A stretch of 64,000 nucleotides of DNA, taken from the NCBI GenBank assembly GCA_965277805.1, contig OZ255842.1:2560001-2624000 (forward strand), given 5' to 3'. Position numbers and translations under genes: made by a program. The notes under the pieces were generated by a model. The model did not search any database and was not told the DNA's origin. It saw only the letters and a list, made by a program, of their open reading frames with translations. Below, piece by piece: positions 23,906 to 32,943 of this stretch; position 1 is the first letter of the stretch, and each line of letters opens with the position of its first letter. This stretch comes from Candidatus Lustribacter sp. (lineage in GTDB: Bacteria; Vulcanimicrobiota; Vulcanimicrobiia; Vulcanimicrobiales; Vulcanimicrobiaceae).

Positions 23906-25027
23906 ATGTCCGAGCTTCAGTCATTGAACCGTCTGATGAACCGTCGCGCTGCCATCGCGGGCACTGGTGCCGCGCTGCTCGCGGCGGCAGCAAGCCGCCC
24001 CGCGTTTGCTCAAGCCGGCGCGATGACCGCGCTCGTTAACGCTGCGAAAGCTGAAGGCGCCGTCGTGGTCGACGGTCCACCGATCGATGCGACGCGTGAC
24101 GTGCTCGTCAGCGGCTTTCAAAAAGCCTACGGCATCCCGGTGACCTACATCAGCAGCGGAACGTCGGCCAGCGGTGCGCGCGTGCGCTCCGAACGCGCCG
24201 CCGGCAAGTACCTGCTCGACGTGTTCATCAGCGGCAGCGACACACCGGTGCTGACGTTTCTGCCCGGCGGCTGGCTCGATCGCATCGAGCCGATCCTCGT
24301 CTCGCCCGAAGTGATCAACAAGCGCAACTGGAAAGACGGACATCTCTGGTACGCGGATCCGAACAACACGATTTTGCGCGTGCTCTCGAACGTCGTCCCC
24401 GAAATGGCCATCAACACGAAGATGATCAAGCGCGGCGAGATCACCAAATGGAAAGACTTGCTCGAGCCCAAGTGGCAGGGGAAGTATGTGGTGAAGGACC
24501 CGGCCAGTTCCGGCGCCGGTAATTCGCTGACCAGCTACTTCTATATCGAGTTCGGTGCCGACTTCGTGAAGAAGTTCTATCAAGAGCAGAAGCCGGTGTT
24601 TTCGAACAATGCGCGCCAAGCGGCGCAATGGCTCGCGCAAGGCAACTATCCGGTCACCATCGGCACCGACATCGCGGAGCTGATGCGCTTCCAGCAACAG
24701 GGCTACCCGATCGAACCCATCTTCCCGACCGATGCGCCGAGCGTGCTCACCGGCAGCTGGGGTCTCGTCTGCCTCATGAACAAAGCACCGCACTCCAACG
24801 CCGCCAAATTGTTCATCAACTGGCTCGCCGGCACGAGCGCGCAAGCCGCCTTCGCCCCATCGACGCAATCGCTCAGCCTGCGCACCGACGTGCAGTACGA
24901 GAAAGACTTGCCGCCGTTCATCTTTCCGCAAAAGGGGACCAAGTACTTGGACACCTACGACTACAAATACATCACCGAGCAGCGTAACAGCGCCAGTGAC
25001 AAAGTCCGCGAGCTGCTCGGCGAATGA
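23906..25027 (+). CDS. ABC substrate-binding protein (FbpA/AfuA-like), paralog 1
   Basis: RRAAIAG Tat-like signal; APHSNAAKLFINWL motif. Confidence 0.88.
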   Translation: MSELQSLNRLMNRRAAIAGTGAALLAAAASRPAFAQAGAMTALVNAAKAEGAVVVDGPPIDATRDVLVSGFQKAYGIPVTYISSGTSASGARVRSERAAGKYLLDVFISGSDTPVLTFLPGGWLDRIEPILVSPEVINKRNWKDGHLWYADPNNTILRVLSNVVPEMAINTKMIKRGEITKWKDLLEPKWQGKYVVKDPASSGAGNSLTSYFYIEFGADFVKKFYQEQKPVFSNNARQAAQWLAQGNYPVTIGTDIAELMRFQQQGYPIEPIFPTDAPSVLTGSWGLVCLMNKAPHSNAAKLFINWLAGTSAQAAFAPSTQSLSLRTDVQYEKDLPPFIFPQKGTKYLDTYDYKYITEQRNSASDKVRELLGE

Positions 25028-26184
25028 CGCAGCAAGCAACGAAACCCGCGCGGAAGATCAACCAGCCGGCGTATCAAAAGTGGATGGACGCGCAAGAGAT
25101 TCCGATTCACCGCGGTTACGGCATGCACGACGTGCGCGTGCTCGAGCGTAAGCCATGGAAGCTCACCGGCACTCCCGGCGCGTTCATCGATCTCGTCGGC
25201 ATGGAGGGCTTCTCCGGCATGCACGTGGTGGAGATTCCGCCCGGCGGCGCCATCACGAAGCAGCGTCACCTCTATCAGCAGCTGATCTGCATCCTCGAGG
25301 GCCACGGTACGGCCGAAGTCTGGCTCGATGAAGCTCCCGACAAAAAGCTCACGTTTGAGTGGGGACCGTGGAGCCTCTTCTCGCCGCCGGCCAACTCATC
25401 GTACCGGCTCTACAACGTCGGCAATACGCCGGTGATCTATCTCGGCGTCAACGATGCGCCGATGATGATCGACCTCTTTCACAACCTCGACTTCATCTTC
25501 AACAACCCCTACGTGTTCCGCGATCGCTTCAACGGTGCCGACGCCGAATATTTCACCCGGGAAGAACGGATTCTCGAAGGCTCCGGCGTGATGTGGCAGA
25601 CGAACTTCATCGACAACGTGAGCGAGGCGCTGGTCGACGCGCAAGAAGCGAAGGGCGCAGGCGTCAAGATCACCGTGTTCGACATGGCGCAGAACTCGTT
25701 CGCCGGTCATCTCACCGAGTGGCCCGTCGGCCGCTATCACAAGGCGCATCACCATCAGGGCGGCGCGATCTTGCTGATCGCGCGCTCGGAGGGCTACAGC
25801 TTGATGTGGCCTCAGGAATTGGGCGTCCGGCCGTACGAAAACCATTTCGAAGATCAGATCGTGCGGCTCGACTGGGGCTTGTACTCCGTGTTCTGCCCGC
25901 CGACGAAGTGGTTCCACCAGCACTTCAACACCGGCAACGAAACGGCGCGGCAGTTGGCCTTCCGTCCCGGCGGCAGCTCGAACAATCCGACGGGCTTCCG
26001 CCGTTCGGGCACGCGCGTCGTGAACGGCAAGCTCGGTGTGTACGTCAGCTACCGCGAGGGCGGCACGCTGATCGAGTATGAAGACGAGGATCCGCGGATC
26101 AAAACCGACTACGAGAAGATCCTCGGCGACGCCGGCATCGAGTCGAAGATGCCCGCCTTCAACTACAACACCGACGTGCGATGA
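25024..26184 (+). CDS. Bicupin protein of unknown activity
   Basis: Cupin 1: EIPPGG...RHLYQQLICILEGHG; cupin 2: KAHHH...WFHQHFNTG. Confidence 0.85.
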   Translation: MTQQATKPARKINQPAYQKWMDAQEIPIHRGYGMHDVRVLERKPWKLTGTPGAFIDLVGMEGFSGMHVVEIPPGGAITKQRHLYQQLICILEGHGTAEVWLDEAPDKKLTFEWGPWSLFSPPANSSYRLYNVGNTPVIYLGVNDAPMMIDLFHNLDFIFNNPYVFRDRFNGADAEYFTREERILEGSGVMWQTNFIDNVSEALVDAQEAKGAGVKITVFDMAQNSFAGHLTEWPVGRYHKAHHHQGGAILLIARSEGYSLMWPQELGVRPYENHFEDQIVRLDWGLYSVFCPPTKWFHQHFNTGNETARQLAFRPGGSSNNPTGFRRSGTRVVNGKLGVYVSYREGGTLIEYEDEDPRIKTDYEKILGDAGIESKMPAFNYNTDVR

Positions 26185-27269
26185 TCTCGATCCACGGTCT
26201 CGTTAAACGCTACGCGGGCCGTGATATCACCCGCAACGCCGTCAACGGCATCTCGTTCGAGGTGCCCGACGGCCAGCTGTTCACGTTGCTCGGACCGAGC
26301 GGCTGCGGCAAGACGACGACGCTGCGGATGATCGCTGGCCTCGAGCGGCCCGATGCGGGCGAGATCAGCATCGCCGGCAAGCACGTTTACGACGCGAAGC
26401 AGAACATCGCGGTACCGGCCAACAAACGGCCGATCGGCATGGTTTTCCAATCTTATGCGGTGTGGCCGCACATGACGGTGTTCGAGAACGTCTCGTTCCC
26501 GCTGACCGTCGGCAAGAACAAACCGGCCAAAGACGTCGTGCGCGAAAAAACCGAACGCGCGCTCGAACTCGTGGGCTTGGCGGAGTACGCGTCGCGCTCG
26601 GCAACCGCGCTCTCCGGCGGCCAGCAGCAACGCGTCGCTTTGGCGCGCGCGCTCGTGCGCGAACCGGAGATCCTGCTGCTCGACGAACCGCTCAGCAACC
26701 TCGATGCGCAGTTGCGCGAACGGATGCGCGAAGAGATCCGCGAGGTCCAGCAAAAACTCGGCATCACGGCCGTCTACGTTACCCACGATCAAAACGAGGC
26801 GCTGGCCATCTCCGACTGCATCATGCTGATGGAGCAGGGCGAGATCGTCGAACTCGGCGAGCCGCAGCAGATCTACCGTTCGCCGCGTTCGGCCTTCACC
26901 GCCACGTTCGTCGGCGTGGCCAACGAGCTCGCCGGAACCGTCGAGCGCACCAGCGGCGCGACGAACATCGTGACCTCGCACGGCAGCGTCAGCGGCGTTG
27001 CGGGTAACGACCTCACTCACGGACAGAGCGTGCAGCTCTTTCTGCGCCCGGAAGACTTCGTGCTGCACCGCGACCGCCCGGCTAAGGACGTGTGGACCGG
27101 AACGGTGTCGTTCTGCATCTATCAAGGTGACTGCTGGGACTATCACGTTGAGTCGGCCGGTACGCTGCTGCGCGTGCGCGTGCACAAAGAGAAGGCGGGC
27201 CTCAAGCGCGGCGACGTCGTGTTCCTCGAACCCGATCCGAACGCCGCCGTCGTCATGCTCGCGCCCTAA
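26181..27269 (+). CDS. ABC transporter ATP-binding protein (PotA/FbpC type, TOBE domain)
   Basis: GPSGCGKTT, LSGGQQQRVALARAL, DEPLSNLDA, YVTHDQ. Confidence 0.95.
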   Translation: MISIHGLVKRYAGRDITRNAVNGISFEVPDGQLFTLLGPSGCGKTTTLRMIAGLERPDAGEISIAGKHVYDAKQNIAVPANKRPIGMVFQSYAVWPHMTVFENVSFPLTVGKNKPAKDVVREKTERALELVGLAEYASRSATALSGGQQQRVALARALVREPEILLLDEPLSNLDAQLRERMREEIREVQQKLGITAVYVTHDQNEALAISDCIMLMEQGEIVELGEPQQIYRSPRSAFTATFVGVANELAGTVERTSGATNIVTSHGSVSGVAGNDLTHGQSVQLFLRPEDFVLHRDRPAKDVWTGTVSFCIYQGDCWDYHVESAGTLLRVRVHKEKAGLKRGDVVFLEPDPNAAVVMLAP

Positions 27270-27277
27270 CGGCGCCG

Positions 27278-28819
27278 ATGTATCCATACACCTGGACGCC
27301 GCCGGCAACGCTACGGCCGCCGATGTGGCGGCTGCACGAAGATGCGATGCCGCACGAACACCTCAGCGACGAGGAAAAGGCCACGCTGACCGATGCGGTC
27401 TGGCGCCTCGACAACGTCGAGTTCACCACGGTCGGCATCGATGTCGGCAGCTCGACCTCACACCTGATGTTCTCCCGCGTGCACCTGCAGCGCCAAGCGC
27501 ACCAGCTCTCGAGCCGCTTCGTCGTCATCGAACGCAGCACGCTCTGGTCGTCGCCGATCCGGCTCACGCCGTTCCTCGATGACGACACGATCGACGCCGC
27601 GCAACTCGCAACGTTCATCGACGACGCCTATCGCAGCGCGGGCCTCTCCCGCGACGCCGTCGACACCGGCGCCGTCATCCTTACCGGCGAAGCCGTCAAG
27701 CGCAAAAATGCCGCGGCCATCGCGGCGCTGTTCGCAAGCGACGCCGGCAAGTTCGTCTGCGCGTCGGCCGGGCACCATATGGAGTGCGTGCTGGCCGCGC
27801 ACGGTTCGAGCGCGGCCGCGCTCTCGCAAAGCACCGGCAAGACCGTGCTCAACTGCGATATCGGCGGCGGAACGACGAAGCTCGGACTCTGCAGCGGCGG
27901 CCACGTGATCGCAACGTGCGCGTTCGCCGTCGGCGGGCGGCTGATCGCGTTCGACGAGACCCGCGCGGTCGCGCGGCTCGACGATCCGGCCGCGACGGCA
28001 GCACGCGCGTGCAACGTCGCGCTCGCCGTCGGCAAAGTTCCCGCGCCGGAAGACATCGCGGCGATCGTCGACGCGATGGCCCGCACGGTCGCCGGTTACA
28101 TCCGGCGCGACCCGCCGTCCGGGCTCGCAGGCGAACTGCTGCTCACGCAGCCGCTCACCGGATCGCTGCCCGAACTGCTAACGTTCTCGGGCGGGGTGTC
28201 GGAGTACATCTACGGCCGCGAATCGCGCACGTTCGGCGACGTCGCGCTGCCGCTGGCGCGCGCCGTGCGCACCGCCTGCGCGGAACTCCCGCTCGAACTC
28301 GTCGATCCGGGCGCGGGCATTCGCGCCACCGCCATCGGCGTCTCGCAATTCACGGTGCAGGTCAGCGGACGCACGATTTTCCTCGGCACCGTCGCGCTGC
28401 CGCTGCGCAACTTGCCGGTCGTCGCACCGCACCTGCACACCGGCGGTGACATTCATCCGGACATCGTTGCCAAGGCGATCGAGCTGGCGCGCGAACGGCT
28501 CGACGTCGAGCGCGGCGCCGCGCATGCGATCGCGGTGAGCTTTCGCGGCACGCCGAACTACGAACGGCTCACGGCGCTCGCCACCGGCATCGCCAAGAGC
28601 GTCCGCGATTCGGGCGGGGAACCGCTCGTGCTCATCATCGACGGCGACATCGGCCAGTCGCTGGGCCGGCTACTGCAACACGAACTGCACGTCGAACGCC
28701 CGCTGCTCTGCATCGATGCGCTCGAACTCGGCGAATTCGATTTCGTCGACATCGGCAAACCAGTCGAACTCGCACGCGGCGTCCCCGTGGTAGTAAAATC
28801 GCTGCTCTTCGGCCGTTAG
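27278..28819 (+). CDS. eutA: EutA-like reactivating factor (ASKHA ATPase)
   Basis: VGIDVGSSTSHLMFS, TGAVILTGEA, FVCASAG...E..LAAHGS, DIGGGTTK, FSGGV, IRATAIG, DFVDIG...VPVVVKSLLF. Confidence 0.88.
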   Translation: MYPYTWTPPATLRPPMWRLHEDAMPHEHLSDEEKATLTDAVWRLDNVEFTTVGIDVGSSTSHLMFSRVHLQRQAHQLSSRFVVIERSTLWSSPIRLTPFLDDDTIDAAQLATFIDDAYRSAGLSRDAVDTGAVILTGEAVKRKNAAAIAALFASDAGKFVCASAGHHMECVLAAHGSSAAALSQSTGKTVLNCDIGGGTTKLGLCSGGHVIATCAFAVGGRLIAFDETRAVARLDDPAATAARACNVALAVGKVPAPEDIAAIVDAMARTVAGYIRRDPPSGLAGELLLTQPLTGSLPELLTFSGGVSEYIYGRESRTFGDVALPLARAVRTACAELPLELVDPGAGIRATAIGVSQFTVQVSGRTIFLGTVALPLRNLPVVAPHLHTGGDIHPDIVAKAIELARERLDVERGAAHAIAVSFRGTPNYERLTALATGIAKSVRDSGGEPLVLIIDGDIGQSLGRLLQHELHVERPLLCIDALELGEFDFVDIGKPVELARGVPVVVKSLLFGR

Positions 28820-28849
28820 CGGCGTTGAGAGACAACGGCCCCCCTCGCT

Positions 28850-28893
28850 GTCATCCCGAGCGAAGCGCCGCATGGCGCGAAGTCGAGGGACAG
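28850..28893 (+). repeat. Palindromic REP-like element, copy 2, with inserted hairpin
   Basis: GTCATCCCGAGC-GAAGCGCCGCATGGCGCGAA-GTCGAGGGACAG; same ends as copy 1. Confidence 0.75.
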
Positions 28894-28920
28894 AGATAAC
28901 CAAGGGCCAACGCCAGGGCA

Positions 28921-30036
28921 ATGCCCCTCCATCGGCCCACGCAGCCAATGACCCGTCGCGCCGCAATCGCCGGCGCAAGCGCCGCACTTACCGCCGCTGC
29001 AATCCGGACGGCAGACGCGCAATCAGCAGCAATGACATCCCTGATCGCCGCGGCCAAGGCCGAAGGCAGCGTCGTGGTCGACGGTCCTCCGCTCGACTCA
29101 GTGCGCGAAGTGATCGGACCCGGCTTCCAACGCGCCTACGGCATCCCGGTGACGTACATCAGCGGCGGCGGCTCGGCCACGGCGGCTCGCGTGCGCGCCG
29201 AACGCGCCTCGGGCAAATATCTGCTCGACGTGTTCATCAGCGGCCCCGACACGCCCACGATCACGTTTCTGCCCAGCGGCTGGCTCGATAAGATCGAACC
29301 GGTGCTCGTCGCGCGCGACGTCGTCGACAAACGCAATTGGAAAGACGGGCACCTCTGGTATGAAGACGAGGGCCACACGATCTTGCGCGTGCTGCAGTAC
29401 GTGGTGCCCGAGCTCGCCGTCAACACGAAGTTCGTCCAGCCGAAACAGGTCGCGACGTGGAAGTCGCTGCTCGAACCGAAGTGGCAAGGCAAAATGGTGG
29501 CCAAGGATCCGGCGAGTTCGGGCGGTTCGGGCGCATCGCTGACCAGTTACTTCTATCTCGTCTTCGGCCCGGACTTCGTCAAGAAGCTCTACGTCGAGCA
29601 GAAGCCGATGCTCTCGCGCGACGCGCGTCAGGCGGCGCAGTGGCTGGCTGACGGATCGTATCCGATCCTGATCGGCCCCGACACGACCGCGATGGATCAA
29701 TTCGTCAAACTCGGCTATCCGCTGCAGCCGGTGTTCCCGACCGACGGGCCGAGCGTGCTGACCGGCGGCTGGGGGCTCATCGGCCTGCTCAACAAAGCGC
29801 AGCATCCGAATGCCGCGAAGCTGTTCATCAATTGGCTCGCGGGGCGTGAAGCGCAAACCGCGTATGCCAAAGCCACGCAATCGCTCAGCCTGCGCACCGA
29901 CATCCACTACGTCGACATGCCCGGCTACTTGTTTCCGCAGAAGGGGACGAAGTATATGGATACCTACGACTTCAAGTTCGTCACCGAACAGCGCGACCCG
30001 GCACTGGCCAAAGCGCGCGAGCTGCTCGGCGAGTGA
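28921..30036 (+). CDS. ABC substrate-binding protein, paralog 2
   Basis: Long identical blocks with 23906 ORF (GKYLLDVFISG, NWKDGHLWY, QSLSLRTD). Confidence 0.88.
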   Translation: MPLHRPTQPMTRRAAIAGASAALTAAAIRTADAQSAAMTSLIAAAKAEGSVVVDGPPLDSVREVIGPGFQRAYGIPVTYISGGGSATAARVRAERASGKYLLDVFISGPDTPTITFLPSGWLDKIEPVLVARDVVDKRNWKDGHLWYEDEGHTILRVLQYVVPELAVNTKFVQPKQVATWKSLLEPKWQGKMVAKDPASSGGSGASLTSYFYLVFGPDFVKKLYVEQKPMLSRDARQAAQWLADGSYPILIGPDTTAMDQFVKLGYPLQPVFPTDGPSVLTGGWGLIGLLNKAQHPNAAKLFINWLAGREAQTAYAKATQSLSLRTDIHYVDMPGYLFPQKGTKYMDTYDFKFVTEQRDPALAKARELLGE

Positions 30037-31118
30037 AGCGCCGCGCGGCGATCGCGGGCGCGAGTGCGGCGCTGGTTGCAACAGCCGCAACGCCGGCGCA
30101 CGCACAATCGGCAGCGCTCGCTACGCTCGTGAGCGCGGCGCAAGCCGAAGGCAGCGTGGTCGTGGATGGGCCGCCGAACGACATCGCGCGCCAAGGGCTC
30201 TTGAGCGGCTTCCAGCGCGCATACGGCATTCCGATTTCGTACGTTACGAGCGGGTCTTCATCGTCCAGCGCGCGCATTCGCGCGGAGCGCGTCGCCGGCA
30301 AGTACGTGCTCGACGTCTTCTTGAGCGGCGCCGATGCCGCGTGCCTGACGTTTCTCCCCAGCGGCTGGCTCGATCGCATCGAACCGGTCCTCGTAGCGCC
30401 CGACGTACTGGACACTCGCAAGTGGCGCGACGGCCACCTTTGGTACCAAGACGACGCACACACCATTTTGCACGTGCTCTCAACCGTCGCGCCGGGGCTG
30501 GCCGTCAACACCAAGCTTCTGCGACGCGGCGAAGCCACGACGTGGAAGTCGCTGCTCGATCCGAAATGGCAAGGCAAAATCATCGCCAAGGATCCGCTGA
30601 CGTTGGGCGCCGGCTCGCAAATGCCGAGCTACTTCTTCCTGACGTTCGGGCCGGATTACGTGAAGACGCTCTACCAGACGCAGCAACCCGTGCTCTCACG
30701 CAACGCACGCCAGGCGATGCAGTGGTTAGCCGAAGGCAGCTACCCGATTCTGATCGGTCCGGACACATCCGAACTGATGGCGTTCAAGAAACTCGGCTAT
30801 CCCGTGGAGCCCGTGCTGCCCACGGACGGACCCAGCATCATCAACGCCGGTTGGGGACTCGTCTGCCTCATGAACAAAGCGCCCCATCCGAATGCGGCCA
30901 AGCTGTTCGTCAACTGGGTAGCCGGCCGCGCAGGCCAAACAATCTATGCTAACGCAACCCAATCGGCGAGTTTGCGGACCGACGTGACATACGACGGGCT
31001 GCCGGCGTATCTGTTCCCCCGGCGAGGCGCCAACTACATGGATACCTCCACGTTGAAATTCGTCACGGAACAGCATGAAGCGGCGATGAACAAAGTGCAA
31101 GAACTACTCGGAAAATAA
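30033..31118 (+). CDS. ABC substrate-binding protein, paralog 3
   Basis: RRAAIAG signal; DGHLWY, APHPNAAKLF; GTGA overlap with paralog 2. Confidence 0.88.
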   Translation: MKRRAAIAGASAALVATAATPAHAQSAALATLVSAAQAEGSVVVDGPPNDIARQGLLSGFQRAYGIPISYVTSGSSSSSARIRAERVAGKYVLDVFLSGADAACLTFLPSGWLDRIEPVLVAPDVLDTRKWRDGHLWYQDDAHTILHVLSTVAPGLAVNTKLLRRGEATTWKSLLDPKWQGKIIAKDPLTLGAGSQMPSYFFLTFGPDYVKTLYQTQQPVLSRNARQAMQWLAEGSYPILIGPDTSELMAFKKLGYPVEPVLPTDGPSIINAGWGLVCLMNKAPHPNAAKLFVNWVAGRAGQTIYANATQSASLRTDVTYDGLPAYLFPRRGANYMDTSTLKFVTEQHEAAMNKVQELLGK

Positions 31119-31131
31119 AGGTACGGTAAAC

Positions 31132-31908
31132 GTGAGTCTTCTGGACGGCAAAACGATCCTCGTCACCGGCGTCGCCAATCGCTGGTCGATCGCCAGCGGC
31201 ATCGCGCGACGGTTGCACGCACACGGTGCACGCCTGATCCTGACCTATCAGGGCGAGCGGGTCGAGGATTCAGTCCGCAAGACCGCAGCCGAACTTGGCG
31301 GCGGTCCCGTGTTCGAAGCGGACGTCACCAACGACGCCTCGCTCGATGCGCTCGCAGCCTCGATCGGAAAGATCGACGGTATCGTGCATTCGATCGCTTT
31401 CGTGAAGAAAGAAGACCTCAGCGGCAAGGTGTACGACACCTCGCGCGATGGGTTCGCCATGGCGATGGACATCAGCTCGTACTCGCTGATCGCACTGGTC
31501 GGCCATCTCAAGGATAACCTCAACGACGGCGGCTCCATCATGGCGCTGACCTATCTCGGCGGTACGCAGATCGTGCCGAACTACAACGTCGCCGGCATCG
31601 CGAAGGCCGCGCTCGAATCGATCGTGCGCTACCTCGCCTTCGATCTCGGCGAACGCGGCATCCGCGTCAACGCGATCTCGGCCGGCCCGATTTCGACCGC
31701 GTCATCGCGTCAAGTCGCCGGCTTCTCGGCCATGCCCGCCAAGGTCGCGGCCGCCGCGCCGCTCAAGCGCACGATCACGGCCGACGACGTCGGCAACTGC
31801 GCGGTCTATCTTGCCAGCGATCTTTCGAGCCAGGTCACGGCCGACGTCCACTTCGTCGACGCCGGCTACCACGCGATGGGCATGTATCCGGAGGCACCGA
31901 AAGCCTGA
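31132..31908 (+). CDS. fabI: Enoyl-ACP reductase FabI
   Basis: GVANRWSIA, HSIAF, YNVAGIAKAALE, VNAISAGP. Confidence 0.95.
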   Translation: MSLLDGKTILVTGVANRWSIASGIARRLHAHGARLILTYQGERVEDSVRKTAAELGGGPVFEADVTNDASLDALAASIGKIDGIVHSIAFVKKEDLSGKVYDTSRDGFAMAMDISSYSLIALVGHLKDNLNDGGSIMALTYLGGTQIVPNYNVAGIAKAALESIVRYLAFDLGERGIRVNAISAGPISTASSRQVAGFSAMPAKVAAAAPLKRTITADDVGNCAVYLASDLSSQVTADVHFVDAGYHAMGMYPEAPKA

Positions 31909-31917
31909 GGCCTTCCC

Positions 31918-32943
31918 TCAGAAGCTTTCGTCGAACCGGACGTCACCCTCAACGCCGACGCGGTATGCGGATGAACGGCGCTCGAAGAAGTTCGTCAGTT
32001 CCTGGACGTCTTGCAGCGCCATGAAGTCGAACGGGTTTTTCGAGCCGTAGACCGGGCTGAAGCCCAGCGTCTTGAGCCGGCAATCGGCGATGTACTGCAG
32101 GTAGTCTTTCATGTCGGCAACCGACAAGCCGGCAACGCCCTCGCTCAAGACGTCTTTCGCAAAGGCGAGTTCGCACTCGACAGCGTCGGCGAGCATTTGC
32201 CGCACCGAGCCTTCGAGCGCGGGATCGAACAGTTCCGGGTGCTCGTAGCGGATCGTGTCGATCACGGTGAATGCGAAGTTCATGTGCATGCTCTCGTCGC
32301 GGAACACCCAGTTGGTTCCCGCGGCGAGGCCGTTGAGCACGCCGCGCGAGCGTAGGAAATACACGTAGGCGAAGGCCGCGAAAAAGAACAGGCCTTCGAT
32401 CGCCGCTGCAAACGTAATGAGGTTGAGCAGGAAGGCGCGGCGGCCGGCACTGGTCTCGATGCGCTCGAGCCCGTCGATCGAGCCGATCCATTTGAAGCAA
32501 AACTCGGCCTTCGTCTTGATCGACGGGATGTTGTCGATCGCCGCGAACGCCAGCCTGCGTTCGCGGTCGTCGGGCACGTACGCATCGAGCAGCGTGAGGT
32601 AGAATTGGATGTGCTGCGCTTCTTCGAAGAGCTGGCGCGAGAGATACATCCGCGCCTCGGGCGCGTTGATGTGCTTGTAGAGGTTGAGCACGAGGTTGTT
32701 GGCTACGATCGTGTCGCCCGTCGCGAAGAACGCGACGAGGCGGCGGATCAGGTGCCGCTCGGCCGGGCTCAACCGCTCGCGCAGGTCGTGGAGATCGGTG
32801 CTGAATTCGATCTCCTCGACGCTCCACGTATTCGCGATCGCATCCTTGTACATGTCGTAGAACTGGGGATAGCGCATCGGCCGGAGCGTGAGCTCGAAGC
32901 CCGGATCGAGGATCGACGACGGCGCCGGCTCGCGTTCGATCAT
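31918..32943 (-). CDS. nrdB: Ribonucleotide reductase class Ia beta subunit
   Basis: FFATGD, EEAQH.QFY (radical Tyr present), EGLFF, RDESMH, NFFERR..AY; ATG at 32943 overlaps nrdA stop. Confidence 0.95.
   Translation of the reverse strand: MIEREPAPSSILDPGFELTLRPMRYPQFYDMYKDAIANTWSVEEIEFSTDLHDLRERLSPAERHLIRRLVAFFATGDTIVANNLVLNLYKHINAPEARMYLSRQLFEEAQHIQFYLTLLDAYVPDDRERRLAFAAIDNIPSIKTKAEFCFKWIGSIDGLERIETSAGRRAFLLNLITFAAAIEGLFFFAAFAYVYFLRSRGVLNGLAAGTNWVFRDESMHMNFAFTVIDTIRYEHPELFDPALEGSVRQMLADAVECELAFAKDVLSEGVAGLSVADMKDYLQYIADCRLKTLGFSPVYGSKNPFDFMALQDVQELTNFFERRSSAYRVGVEGDVRFDESF

Noticed and set aside
27278-28819. Ethanolamine utilisation or microcompartment locus
   Set aside because: No eutB, eutC or shell protein genes in the window.
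31918-32943. Possible class Ic/Ie (metal-variant) RNR beta subunit
   Set aside because: Asp, Glu and His ligands and the radical Tyr are all present, consistent with ordinary class Ia.
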